This document shows, one piece after another, positions 16,861-24,804 of a stretch of 40,357 bases of DNA (positions are counted from its first letter, which is position 1; every line of letters starts with the position of its first letter). The DNA is taken from positions 1 through 40,357 of IMG/VR virus record IMGVR_UViG_3300045988_095878, one strand, 5' to 3'. Position numbers and translations under genes: made by a program. This stretch comes from a virus. The notes under the pieces were generated by a model. It ran no database searches. It saw only the letters and a list, made by a program, of their open reading frames with translations, and was not told where the DNA came from.

Positions 16861-17226
16861 TCAGATGGTGTAGCAGATGTTCTCGGCGTGCTTGTAGGCG
16901 TCCAGATAGATCTCGTTCTTCGCCTTGTTGTATGTAACCTCGTAATACATGCCGTCTTCAACGGTCGTCGAAAGCAGCGCCTTCATGTTTCCGAGGATGT
17001 AGGCGTTCCACACAACGTACACCTCAAACACCGGTGCGTCTGGCGTGTTGTATTCGGTGTACTCCCGCACGAGTTTCTTTGCCTTTTCCGTAAATTCCGT
17101 GTTTCCCATGTCCTTCTGTTCCTCCTTCCTTTGAAAATAGTTCATCGGCGTGCCCGGATAGCAGAAACAGCAGGGTTTCCCGCTCATAGCGCTCGGCGGC
17201 CAGTTGACGCACTCTTCGCAGCTCAT
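16861..17226 (-). CDS. Hypothetical protein (121 aa) with an N-terminal Cys cluster
   Basis: RBS ggaggaataaacgt precedes the ATG. The N-terminus reads MSCEECVNWPP...CCFC. The conserved-looking C-terminal half is FEVYVVW...DGMYYEVTYN. Confidence 0.6.
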   Translation of the reverse strand: MSCEECVNWPPSAMSGKPCCFCYPGTPMNYFQRKEEQKDMGNTEFTEKAKKLVREYTEYNTPDAPVFEVYVVWNAYILGNMKALLSTTVEDGMYYEVTYNKAKNEIYLDAYKHAENICYTI

Positions 17227-17230
17227 ACGT

Positions 17231-17815
17231 TTATTCCTCCGGCGCGTCCCAGTCGCACCAGCTCATTACCTCCAGATGCCGCCACTTTCGGAGCGTCGCC
17301 TCGCTGTCCGTGTCCTCGCGCGGTCGATAGCCGCGGCGGTACAGCCGTTCGTCGGTGTCGCCGTCCTCCTGCCGGACGATCCCGCCCGGCGTGATCGCAT
17401 ACCGGCGCACGTCCAGATTTGCCCCGCGTGGCACCACGCCGACGATCTCGCCGTTTATTTTCTGCATTAGGAAGTTCAGCCCCATACGCAGTCCGGTCGG
17501 ACGGATCTCCTCGGTGTGCGTTTCCCCGGCGTAGCCGCAGATCTCCTCGCCGACCGTCTCCGGCAGCTCCGGCTGCACGAGATAGCCGCCCTTGTTGCGC
17601 ACGATCCGCACCGTGTCGTTCTCCGGGATGTAGCCGAGCATCTCCACCAGCGCGCCGAGCGTCCCGCGCAGCCGCTCCCGCAGGCCGTCCATCGGCACGA
17701 CCGCCATCCACTCATATCCGAGCGCCGTGAGCGTCTCGCCGTTGCAGTAGAGCGTCAGCCCGTGCTTCGTCTCCGCCCTCAGTGCCCGCTCCAGCGCCGC
17801 ATCATCAAACGCCAT
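17231..17815 (-). CDS. Hypothetical protein (194 aa)
   Basis: ATG 17815 overlaps the upstream stop (TAATG). The upstream part of track ORF 17231..18634 is an overlapping out-of-frame shadow of the DUF3102-like gene. Confidence 0.6.
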   Translation of the reverse strand: MAFDDAALERALRAETKHGLTLYCNGETLTALGYEWMAVVPMDGLRERLRGTLGALVEMLGYIPENDTVRIVRNKGGYLVQPELPETVGEEICGYAGETHTEEIRPTGLRMGLNFLMQKINGEIVGVVPRGANLDVRRYAITPGGIVRQEDGDTDERLYRRGYRPREDTDSEATLRKWRHLEVMSWCDWDAPEE

Positions 17816-18843
17816 TATCCGCACCTCCCGATCAGCGTTTCCAAGATCTTCCTTGTCCCCGCGAGCAGCTTGTCCGCCGTCTCGCCGTCCGCGCTCTTCA
17901 TCACATGCAGCTTTTCCACAGCCAGATTGAAGTTCTCCTGCGCGAGCTTCACGAGCAAAATCACCTCGTTTGCCCCGCTCTGCGCGGCCGCAAGCCGCTT
18001 GCGCAGCTCCTCGGCCTCCGCCCGTGCCTTTTCCGCTTCCGCTCCCGCGCTCTTTCCGGCGTCCTTCGCGGCGTCCTCCGCCGCCCTCAGACGCTTTTCC
18101 AGCGCCGCCACGGCTTTTTTCTTTTCCTCCGCAGCGGCGGCCTTCGCCTCCTCCACGGCTTTCTGTACCGCCGTCTCGTCGATGGCGACCTCCACCGGGC
18201 GGCTCTCCGCCTCGCGCAGCATCGCCTCCATCCTCTGCGCCGCGTCCTCGGCGTCCTCGCGCTTCACACGCTGGTCCTCGAGCGCATCCTTCGTCTCGGC
18301 AAGCTCTGCCTCGGTGTCTTTCAACGCCTTCTGCGCCTCGCTCAGCTCCCGGTCCGCCGTTTCGAGATTCCGCCGAGCCGCGTCCCGCTCGCGGATCGCG
18401 TCCTCCAGCTCCCTTGCAGAGATATGCTCGGCGTCCACCTCGCGGGCGAACTCCTCGCGCTCCTCCTCCGGCACGGCTAAAAGCCGCAAAGCATTGGAAA
18501 CGCTGATTTTTCCCAACGTTGGGAAAAGGTTGTCCACGCCCAAAAGGGAACCCTGCGCCGATCCGTACTCGGTGTAGAGCTTGAGAAAGCGGTAAGCGCT
18601 CGACTTGCTGATCTCCGTCTCGCGCTCCACCCATCCGGCAAAGTCCTCGCCTACCTTGTCCTTTGCAAGCTGGAGCCGATACCCGATCTGGATGCCGTAT
18701 TCCAGCACCATCTGCCGCGCCTGCCGCGTCAGCAGCCGGATCTCGCCGCCCAGCTGCTCCGGCGTCATGTCCTCCGTTTTGATCAAATCATTCACGCTGC
18801 ACTTGTCCTCCGTTTCCGGCCGGAGTGAATCCATTCCAGCCAT
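17815..18843 (-). CDS. DUF3102-like protein with a long coiled-coil C-terminus
   Basis: EIRLLTRQARQMVLEYGIQIGYRLQLAKDKVGEDFAGWVERETEISKSSAYRFLKLY...LLAVPEEEREEF matches the DUF3102 pattern. The exact start is uncertain. Confidence 0.65.
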   Translation of the reverse strand: MAGMDSLRPETEDKCSVNDLIKTEDMTPEQLGGEIRLLTRQARQMVLEYGIQIGYRLQLAKDKVGEDFAGWVERETEISKSSAYRFLKLYTEYGSAQGSLLGVDNLFPTLGKISVSNALRLLAVPEEEREEFAREVDAEHISARELEDAIRERDAARRNLETADRELSEAQKALKDTEAELAETKDALEDQRVKREDAEDAAQRMEAMLREAESRPVEVAIDETAVQKAVEEAKAAAAEEKKKAVAALEKRLRAAEDAAKDAGKSAGAEAEKARAEAEELRKRLAAAQSGANEVILLVKLAQENFNLAVEKLHVMKSADGETADKLLAGTRKILETLIGRCG

Positions 18844-20402
18844 GCATTTTCAAAGTTCTGTATCTCCTTGGTGCGCGCACAGTTGCACATGCCCCGGTTC
18901 TCCGTCACCGATAGCCGCTTCTCGTTGAAGTTGAGCGTATACCACGGCTCGTCCGGCTTGTCCTTCCGCCGGATAAGGAAGATCGTGAGCTCTCCCCGTG
19001 CGTGCCGCTCGGCGTAGGAGTCGACGCAGTGGTGCAGCGCCTTTCCCTCGGCGATGAGCTCCTCCTCCGTCTCGCACGGGCGGAGGAAGATATTGCCGTC
19101 CTCGAAGGCGTACTTTTTCATGCGCTCATAGCGCTGTTGAAAAGCCTCCCGGCGCTTCTCCGCGGCCTCTGCCTTCTGCCGCTCCTGCATCTGATCGTGC
19201 GCCCGCTTGAGATTCTGCGGGAACAGAACGTCGCGGTCTGTGAGATCCTCTCCCGCCATCTCCGCCATGCTCCAGTAATCCAGCAGATAGTTGAACCACA
19301 GCGAATTTTTGTACCGCTTTTTCTGCCTGGCGATATACGCCTCCGCCCGCGACGGCAGCACCCCGCGCTTCAGGCAGCCCTCCTGCTGCTCCTCCGCCGT
19401 CGCCGTGACCTCCTCGCCGAGACGGCAGGGAACGTTATATTTCCGGGCAAGCAGCAGCGCCTTCAAGCGCTTCGGCGCGTCCTCCGCGCCGTTGAAGTAG
19501 TTGAGCTCCTCCTTCGTCATCCGCAGCAGCTCGTGCGGCTTTTTTGCCTTCCATTTTATGTTGTGCAGAACGTCGGTCTTCTCCGACCAGTATTTGTTAT
19601 ATGTCGGAGAGCGCTTCCCCTCGGCGATGAGAGCCGCCGCGAGCTTTCTTGCGTTCGGCGCCATCAGCGCCTCGGCGTTTTTGTGCCGCTGCCAGGTCTT
19701 CATCCATGCGACCGGGAATCGGTATTCCGTCTCCACTCCCATATAGGTCTCCAGCTTGCAGTTGGCGCACTCCGTCTGCGCGTATATGTTCGCCAACCCC
19801 TCCGGGCAGTACACGAGATCCACGTCCAGCATCGAGTCGGCAAACCGCTTCCGCTCCTCCCAGCCGGGGATGATGTAGGTCGTGGTCATGTATTTCTTCC
19901 AGTGCCGCCAGCGTGCGGCGCTCGTCCTGCCGAAGGCGTATACCTCCCACGGATCAACGCGCCATGTGACGCGCCCGCTCTTCTCCACGTCCCGGCACAC
20001 GCGCCAGAGATAGAGAATGAGCTTCCCGCCCTGCGCCTCCGCCGTCATGGGCCATACATAGCGCTTGAGCTGTGTCGCGCTCGAAATGTGCCGCGCCTCC
20101 ACCTCCTCGCCGCACATCGGGCAGGCGAGCTTGTCGCCGCTTATGAGCGCGTCCCCGCTCGCCGGATGCATAAATCCGAACGGGGCGCTGTATCCCGCGT
20201 GCCCGCAGCCGCCGCCCGGCACATACGAGAGCTTCACCGTCTCCCCACACGCCGAGCACACGGCATCCACGCATTTGTGCCGCAGCCCCGTCAGCGGCTC
20301 CGTCTGCCATCCGGCGCGGTAGACGAAATAGTCCCGCCAGTCGAGCTTCTGCGCCTTGATCCAGTCCAGCAGCCCCTCCGGCGGCGTTTCCGAGAGAGTC
20401 AT
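18792..20402 (-). CDS. PcfJ-like protein (536 aa) with N-terminal Cys-rich regions
   Basis: The C-terminal LIAEGKALHHCVDSYAERHARGELTIFLIRRKDKPDEPWYTLNF matches the PcfJ-like domain signature. Its ATG overlaps the upstream stop (ATGA). Confidence 0.75.
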   Translation of the reverse strand: MTLSETPPEGLLDWIKAQKLDWRDYFVYRAGWQTEPLTGLRHKCVDAVCSACGETVKLSYVPGGGCGHAGYSAPFGFMHPASGDALISGDKLACPMCGEEVEARHISSATQLKRYVWPMTAEAQGGKLILYLWRVCRDVEKSGRVTWRVDPWEVYAFGRTSAARWRHWKKYMTTTYIIPGWEERKRFADSMLDVDLVYCPEGLANIYAQTECANCKLETYMGVETEYRFPVAWMKTWQRHKNAEALMAPNARKLAAALIAEGKRSPTYNKYWSEKTDVLHNIKWKAKKPHELLRMTKEELNYFNGAEDAPKRLKALLLARKYNVPCRLGEEVTATAEEQQEGCLKRGVLPSRAEAYIARQKKRYKNSLWFNYLLDYWSMAEMAGEDLTDRDVLFPQNLKRAHDQMQERQKAEAAEKRREAFQQRYERMKKYAFEDGNIFLRPCETEEELIAEGKALHHCVDSYAERHARGELTIFLIRRKDKPDEPWYTLNFNEKRLSVTENRGMCNCARTKEIQNFENAWLEWIHSGRKRRTSAA

Positions 20403-20788
20403 AAAAACGCCCCCAGATCAATGATCCCGGCGTTGCCCCCATTGTCGCCCGTAGGGGCGCTGCTCTGCTCCGCCCGCGCCGTCAGCCCGTAAAATTCCCG
20501 CAAAATCCTCTCCGCCTCCACGGGCGTCACGCACGCAAAGCTCCCGGTTTTGTGCGCGTCGGCATACGCCTTGATTTTCTTTTCGGCGTTCTGAATGCTC
20601 ATCTCCGGAACATCGAGATCCTTGTCGAGCAGCTCCGCGCTCTCCAGCTCGCGCCGGGCCATGTCCTTGAGCTGCTCTCCCACCATCCACGCGGCGGTGC
20701 GCCCCTTCTCCTTCGCCTGCTGCCGCTCGATCTTCTCCACGGCCGACATAAACATCCGTCCTTTCTGCGACCTGCCATCCTCAGGCAT
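20399..20788 (-). CDS. PcfK-like protein (the family that includes AcrIIA9), tentative
   Basis: It lies immediately upstream of PcfJ-like, which is the usual pairing. The segment KKIKAYADAHKTGSFACVTPVEAERILREFYGL resembles the PcfK core. The likelier start is ATG 20749, after aaagga. Confidence 0.5.
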   Translation of the reverse strand: MPEDGRSQKGRMFMSAVEKIERQQAKEKGRTAAWMVGEQLKDMARRELESAELLDKDLDVPEMSIQNAEKKIKAYADAHKTGSFACVTPVEAERILREFYGLTARAEQSSAPTGDNGGNAGIIDLGAFL

Positions 20789-20828
20789 GGGCGGTCATCC
20801 CCATGCGACGGGCTTCCGCCCGTTTCGG

Positions 20829-20909
20829 CTAAAAAATATGCCCCAGCACCGCGAGCAGCGCCGCCGCAGCGGCGCACGCCCCACAAGCCCATAAAACCCG
20901 CTCCTTCAC
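20829..20909 (-). CDS. Possible 26-aa hydrophobic peptide (VKERVLWACGACAAAAALLAVLGHIF)
   Basis: GTG overlaps the upstream stop (GTGA). Its first ~40 nt are duplicated at about 21650-21690. Confidence 0.3.
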   Translation of the reverse strand: MKERVLWACGACAAAAALLAVLGHIF

Positions 20910-21058
20910 GTCTGTTCCCTCAGCTCCTCCTTCATCTCCGCGACCTGCTCGGCAAGCATCACACAGCCGAACGGCTCTGAGCATCCGTCCTCGCACTTCC
21001 AGCAGTTTTTCATCGCGGCTTCCCGCCACATATCATGCTCCAGGCGGTTCACCTGCAT
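20906..21058 (-). CDS. Cys-rich microprotein, paralogue B (50 aa)
   Basis: MQVNRLEHDMWREAAMKNCWKCEDGCSEPFGCVMLAEQVAEMKEELREQT is a paralogue of 21981..22127. Confidence 0.55.
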   Translation of the reverse strand: MQVNRLEHDMWREAAMKNCWKCEDGCSEPFGCVMLAEQVAEMKEELREQT

Positions 21059-21624
21059 CAGTTCAGCACTCCTTCGTTTTGCTCTACATAGCGCCAGCTC
21101 TGCGGCGGAATCTGTACCGGATCCCAGCAGTACGTGTCGCAGTCTCCGACGTACTCGCAACCGAGGCAGCTGAAGAAGTTTGTTATATCAACCGGTCTGC
21201 TGTAGATTTTCAGATCGGAGATATGCCACCCGAACCCTGTTCCCCCTCTTAGGTACGTTTCGAGTTTTTCCTCCGTTAAGCACGCCGATTCAAGAAGTCG
21301 CGAGATGTCATGCGCATAATGCCAATCGTCCACGATTCGGTACTTCGGTCTCTCTTGGTCGCCGGTGTATCCGATACGCGCCAGCCGGTCGATTCGGTCG
21401 CACACAAACTCGCCAATGACTTTCCCTCCGCCATAAAAGCCTTGCTTTCCCACCAGCGCGAAGAAATCCTCGTGTTCAAATCGCGGCTTCGTGCAGTAGA
21501 CATACACCTTAAAGGGCGTCTGCATCAGCGTCGGGCGCGTTTTCCGCACCTCAACCCTTTTTTCGCCCTGAAGGATTTTCTCGCACCAACGCGGCTTGAT
21601 GCTCATGAGAACCGCCCTCTTCAT
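21058..21624 (-). CDS. ASCH-domain protein (188 aa)
   Basis: MKRAVLMSIKPRWCEKILQGEKRVEVRKTRP is a typical ASCH N-terminus. ATG follows aggagggcaaacaa. Confidence 0.65.
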   Translation of the reverse strand: MKRAVLMSIKPRWCEKILQGEKRVEVRKTRPTLMQTPFKVYVYCTKPRFEHEDFFALVGKQGFYGGGKVIGEFVCDRIDRLARIGYTGDQERPKYRIVDDWHYAHDISRLLESACLTEEKLETYLRGGTGFGWHISDLKIYSRPVDITNFFSCLGCEYVGDCDTYCWDPVQIPPQSWRYVEQNEGVLN

Positions 21625-21681
21625 TTGTTTGCCCTCCTGTTCCACCGCCACACGCCCCGCACGCCCACAAAACCCGCTCCT

Positions 21682-21984
21682 TCATTCCGCGATTTCCTTT
21701 CTATGCTCATCAGCCAGCATCTCGTCTATGTCCTTTGCAGCCTTATCAAGCGCTTCAGCGAAGGTTTTTCCCGTATATGTGTAGCAGATTTCCGGATCGC
21801 CGATGGAATAGACATTCAGGGTGATTCGCCACAGGACATCTTTCTCATCGGAAAAGCAGCCAGGAAACTCTCGGGCGACCTGGAGCCATCCGTCAGATGG
21901 CCTTCGTTTTCCCCCTGCCGCCTTTTTGACCGCATCAAACACCCTCTGTCGAAGAGCAAAGAAAGCGTTCCATTCAACGCTCAT
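21682..21984 (-). CDS. Hypothetical protein (100 aa)
   Basis: The ATG overlaps the paralogue A stop (ATGA). No motif was recognised. Confidence 0.5.
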   Translation of the reverse strand: MSVEWNAFFALRQRVFDAVKKAAGGKRRPSDGWLQVAREFPGCFSDEKDVLWRITLNVYSIGDPEICYTYTGKTFAEALDKAAKDIDEMLADEHRKEIAE

Positions 21985-22127
21985 CGCATCTCCTCCTTCA
22001 TCTCCACGATCCGCTCCGCGAGCATCACACACTTCTCCTGTCCGGGGCATCTCGTAAACGGACACGCCCGGCAAAGCTCATTCACCGCCCGCACCCACAG
22101 ATCATGCTCTATTCGGTTCATTTGCAT
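21981..22127 (-). CDS. Cys-rich microprotein, paralogue A (48 aa)
   Basis: MQMNRIEHDLWVRAVNELCRACPFTRCPGQEKCVMLAERIVEMKEEMR. RBS ggaaggag lies 10 nt upstream. Confidence 0.55.
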   Translation of the reverse strand: MQMNRIEHDLWVRAVNELCRACPFTRCPGQEKCVMLAERIVEMKEEMR

Positions 22128-22638
22128 CTGTCCGGTACTCCTTCCACTCGCAAAATGGACACAGCCCATCACCCCACATGAAGCACATTTCGCACATGTC
22201 TTTCAGCAGCTTGTCAAAAAGTTCTCGCGGAACGGCGTCAACGGTCGGCTCAGCATTTATGATTTGCCGCATCCATATCTTGTTGGCATAAGACAAAGCA
22301 ATGTTGTGTTCGTCCAAAAAATGGTTCTTTATCAATGCGTCAGCAGAAATCAGTCGGCCCATTGATTTCCTTCTATCGTTTTGTTCTACCCCTTCGGCGC
22401 AGAAGAACTCATTCGGAACCCACCCGCCAACGATCTGTTGGCAGTAAACCGTCCCCGGCTGCTCATCTTCGTGATGTGCGCATTTCTCACACCGCACCAC
22501 CGTCACAACATCAGCAGCCGGAAAGTTTGAAATCGTCTCTCGCGCTTCACGCAGGGAAATCAACGTTCCGTTTACGTTCATCATGTCATCAATGTTGAAC
22601 TTACGAAGCAGCCGCTCGCGTTCTATGTGTTCACCCAT
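22102..22638 (-). CDS. Hypothetical protein (178 aa) with Cys clusters
   Basis: RBS ggggaggg precedes the ATG. An internally repeated module ends in AADVVTVV / PTVDAVP. Confidence 0.55.
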   Translation of the reverse strand: MGEHIERERLLRKFNIDDMMNVNGTLISLREARETISNFPAADVVTVVRCEKCAHHEDEQPGTVYCQQIVGGWVPNEFFCAEGVEQNDRRKSMGRLISADALIKNHFLDEHNIALSYANKIWMRQIINAEPTVDAVPRELFDKLLKDMCEMCFMWGDGLCPFCEWKEYRTDANEPNRA

Positions 22639-22837
22639 GCCGCCCTCCCCGGAGGATCGCCGCGTCCGGCATGCGCATCCAGCGGCACAGATCGGCGGCG
22701 AACGAGCCGTAGCCGTAAAGCGCGAACAGCGCCTCCACGATCCCGAACCCCTTTCCGTTCAGCCAGATAAAGAAGATCACCGCGCTCATCAGCGTCATTA
22801 CGAGCGCCGTCACAAACAACGCCTTGCTTCGGCTCAT
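22631..22837 (-). CDS. Small membrane protein (68 aa, two TM segments)
   Basis: MSRSKALFVTALVMTLMSAVIFFIWL...EALFALYGYGSFAADL. The ATG overlaps the upstream stop (ATGA). Confidence 0.55.
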   Translation of the reverse strand: MSRSKALFVTALVMTLMSAVIFFIWLNGKGFGIVEALFALYGYGSFAADLCRWMRMPDAAILRGGRHG

Positions 22838-23097
22838 TTTTCTTTCCTCTCTCTCGTCTTTTTGGGGCAGAAGTGGAATTTGTGGGCGCTGCCCCGCGCC
22901 TCGTATTCGCCGCACTCGATCACCGGCAGCGGCGTGCCGTTGTTGGTGTAGAGCGTCACCATGTCGCAGCTGCTCTCCTCGGCGTTTCGGAAGCGGTACG
23001 GCGTCAGCTCCGCCTCCACGCACAGCAGCCCCCGCGGTCCCGGTACGAACATCACCGGCTTCTTGCAGTACCTGCACTTAATTACCTTCGGAATCAT
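22834..23097 (-). CDS. Small Cys-containing protein (87 aa)
   Basis: RBS aaggaaggag precedes the ATG. Motifs CRYC...C...C and HKFHFC are present. Confidence 0.55.
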   Translation of the reverse strand: MIPKVIKCRYCKKPVMFVPGPRGLLCVEAELTPYRFRNAEESSCDMVTLYTNNGTPLPVIECGEYEARGSAHKFHFCPKKTRERKEK

Positions 23098-23115
23098 CGA
23101 ATATCTCCTTCCTTA

Positions 23116-23370
23116 TTAAGGCTCCCTTGTGTAAGGGTAGCTGTCAGCCGTCAGGCTGACCAAGGGATTGTCGTCCCCCGTCGCTTCCTTCCTCCGTTTC
23201 CCACACCACGCCGGCGTCGGGATCCGGTCCGGGTAGGGATTGCCGGCGCTCGTCACGCCCAGCACCCGCCCGAAATACCGTCCGTTCCCCACGCAGAAGC
23301 ACCGTACCGCCGTTTTCCCCTGCGGCCACTGCTCCAGCGCGATGTGCGGGCAGTCCCGGCACGTCATCAT
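23116..23370 (-). CDS. Small Cys-rich protein (84 aa); the last 18 codons are supplied by repeat copy 2
   Basis: MMTCRDCPH...CFCVG...WCG. The C-terminus DNPLVSLTADSYPYTREP plus the stop lies inside the repeat. Confidence 0.5.
   Translation of the reverse strand: MMTCRDCPHIALEQWPQGKTAVRCFCVGNGRYFGRVLGVTSAGNPYPDRIPTPAWCGKRRKEATGDDNPLVSLTADSYPYTREP
23119..23170 (-). repeat. Two-hairpin repeat element, copy 2
   Basis: aggctcccttgtgtaagggtagctgtcagccgtcaggctgaccaagggattg. The second stem is gtcagcc/ggctgac. Confidence 0.8.
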
Positions 23371-23948
23371 GTTTTCACCCTCCCGTGCGAGTTCTGCGGG
23401 TTGTGCGCCGGCAGTCCCAGCCGGGTGCGGCTCTTCTGCACCGTCTGCCGCGATGTGCCGAGCCTCTCCGCAATCTGCGTATCGTTCATCCCGGCGCCCC
23501 AGAGCCTCCGGAGCGTCTCCGGCTCGATCCGGTCCTTGTGCGGGTGCGGCGGCAGCCCCGCGCCTATGCGCCAGTTTCTCACCGTATCGCTGTAGCAGCC
23601 AATCTCCTTGGCGATGGCGCGGTCGGTGTACCCCTCATCGTAAAGCGCCCGGAACTGCGCCCAGTCGTATCTCTTCCCGCCGGTGCGCCGCCGGAGATCC
23701 TCCTTGCGCGGGACGACCGGCTTCTTCCGCCGCGGCGGGCTTTTCGCCGACACTGTGATCAGCTGCTTGTCCGGCGTCGCCCTCTCCCCCGGCGCGTAAA
23801 GCCCGCACCTCCGCGTGATGTCCGCCTCGCCGAGACTGGTTTTCGTCCGCCCGGTAATGAAGAAGTAATTGCAGCTCGGTACGCCTCCGTCCACGCGCCC
23901 GGCGTGATACCGGCAGCTCGTCCGGTAGCAAATATATGGGTCCTTCAA
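23367..23948 (-). CDS. DNA-binding protein with two HTH motifs (193 aa from TTG 23948)
   Basis: YTDRAIAKEIGCYSDTVRNWR and MNDTQIAERLGTSRQTVQKSR are HTH-like. The TTG overlaps the HNH stop (TTGA) downstream of gaggaggagg. There is no in-frame ATG near the 5' end. Confidence 0.55.
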   Translation of the reverse strand: MKDPYICYRTSCRYHAGRVDGGVPSCNYFFITGRTKTSLGEADITRRCGLYAPGERATPDKQLITVSAKSPPRRKKPVVPRKEDLRRRTGGKRYDWAQFRALYDEGYTDRAIAKEIGCYSDTVRNWRIGAGLPPHPHKDRIEPETLRRLWGAGMNDTQIAERLGTSRQTVQKSRTRLGLPAHNPQNSHGRVKT

Positions 23949-24304
23949 AACGGCAACAGCGCCTCCTCCTCGATCAGATGAAAGGCTTCCTCGTTGTCCC
24001 AGTCGCGGCTCGGATGCTCCAGCTCCCAGATCTCCGCCTCGTCGAGGTAGTTCTTCCCGAAGTGCGCGATAAACTCCTCCACGCCCCAGCCCTGCTCCTT
24101 CATCGCCCGGCGCTGCCCGTACCGGTGCAGCAGCTCGGCGGTCTCGTCGCTCCGGTGGGCGCTGTCTGCGTCGATCCGGTGGCACCACGGGCAGAGATGG
24201 ACAGTCAGCCCGTACTTCGTCGATGCTGGACGCCGCGCCCCGCCGAAAATGTGGTGCTCCTCGAGCTGCTCAAAATTCCCGCACAAAAAACAAATGCCTT
24301 TCAT
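23945..24304 (-). CDS. HNH endonuclease (119 aa)
   Basis: MKGICFLCGNFEQLEEHHIFGGARR...GLTVHLCPWCHR gives the CxxC...HH...CxxCH signature. RBS gaaagga lies 9 nt upstream. Confidence 0.7.
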   Translation of the reverse strand: MKGICFLCGNFEQLEEHHIFGGARRPASTKYGLTVHLCPWCHRIDADSAHRSDETAELLHRYGQRRAMKEQGWGVEEFIAHFGKNYLDEAEIWELEHPSRDWDNEEAFHLIEEEALLPF

Positions 24305-24335
24305 CGTTCTTCGTCCTTTCCAAAATGTCTCCCGA

Positions 24336-24445
24336 AGCTCCCTTGCCTCCCCTAACAGGGGAGGTGTCAGCCGAAGGCTGACGGAGGGGTTCAGGCTCCC
24401 TTGTGCAAAGGGAGCTGGCTCGCCGTAGGCGAGACTGAGGGATTG
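24336..24445 (-). repeat. Two-hairpin repeat element, tandem copies 3a (24336-24392) and 3b (24393-24445)
   Basis: 3a: agctcccttgcctcccctaacaggggaggtgtcagccgaaggctgacggaggggttc. 3b: aggctcccttgtgcaaagggagctggctcgccgtaggcgagactgagggattg. Confidence 0.8.
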
Positions 24446-24645
24446 TCGCCCTCCCCTGTAAACCAGCGGAGCCACTCCGCCGCGCGGTAACGCGAGATCT
24501 GAAACGTCCGCTGTTTTCCCTTGATGCAGATCGCAAAGGGATAAACTCCCTGCTCGATCCCGTCTCCCAGAGTCACCAGAGACGTTGAGATTCCATGCGC
24601 CCGAAACTCCGCCGCCAGCTCGACCAGCGTCATCGTCGGTTCCAT
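24391..24645 (-). CDS. Small winged-helix/excisionase-like DNA-binding protein (84 aa), tentative
   Basis: RBS aaggaggtgggg precedes the ATG. TLVELAAEF...QRTFQISRYRAAEWL resembles Xis/MerR-type HTH layout. The last ~18 codons (DNPSVSPTASQLPLHKGA) come from repeat 3b. Confidence 0.4.
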   Translation of the reverse strand: MEPTMTLVELAAEFRAHGISTSLVTLGDGIEQGVYPFAICIKGKQRTFQISRYRAAEWLRWFTGEGDNPSVSPTASQLPLHKGA

Positions 24646-24792
24646 TTACCCCACCTCCTTCTCGTCCTTCTTGGTGTTCTCGGTCGCGCCCGCTCCGAGC
24701 ACGAACCCGACGCACAGACTCTGCTGCATCGGCGGCAGCGTCTCCAGCTTCCGCACAGCGTCCAGGATCATCTCTTTGATTTCTTCACTCAT
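24646..24792 (-). CDS. Hypothetical microprotein (48 aa)
   Basis: Hand translation gives MSEEIKEMILDAVRKLETLPPMQQSLCVGFVLGAGATENTKKDEKEVG. RBS ggaggtgagatc is present. The stop abuts the next ATG (TAAATG). Confidence 0.5.
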   Translation of the reverse strand: MSEEIKEMILDAVRKLETLPPMQQSLCVGFVLGAGATENTKKDEKEVG

Positions 24793-24804
24793 GATCTCAC
24801 CTCC

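Noticed and set aside
17231-18634. 467-aa minus-strand ORF
   Set aside because: Only the last 194 codons (from ATG 17815, coupled to the upstream stop) look genuine. The upstream Gly/Arg/Glu-rich part overlaps the DUF3102-like gene in another frame.
21640-21690. A 44-aa ORF starting MKERVLWACGAC upstream of the ASCH gene
   Set aside because: It shares only the duplicated 40-nt junction with the 26-aa peptide ORF at 20829..20909. It then runs out of frame into the ASCH coding region, so it is probably a recombination remnant.
23119-24445. A CRISPR array formed by the repeated element
   Set aside because: The copies are diverged, two are directly tandem without a spacer, and the others are kilobases apart. 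There is no regular repeat-spacer periodicity, and there are no cas genes.
23367-24715. Long versions of ORFs 23367..24188 (273 aa) and 23945..24715 (256 aa)
   Set aside because: Their 5' extensions overlap neighbouring genes and the repeat elements, and they read as Arg/Gly-rich filler. Internal starts with RBSs (TTG 23948, ATG 24304) give proteins with coherent motifs.
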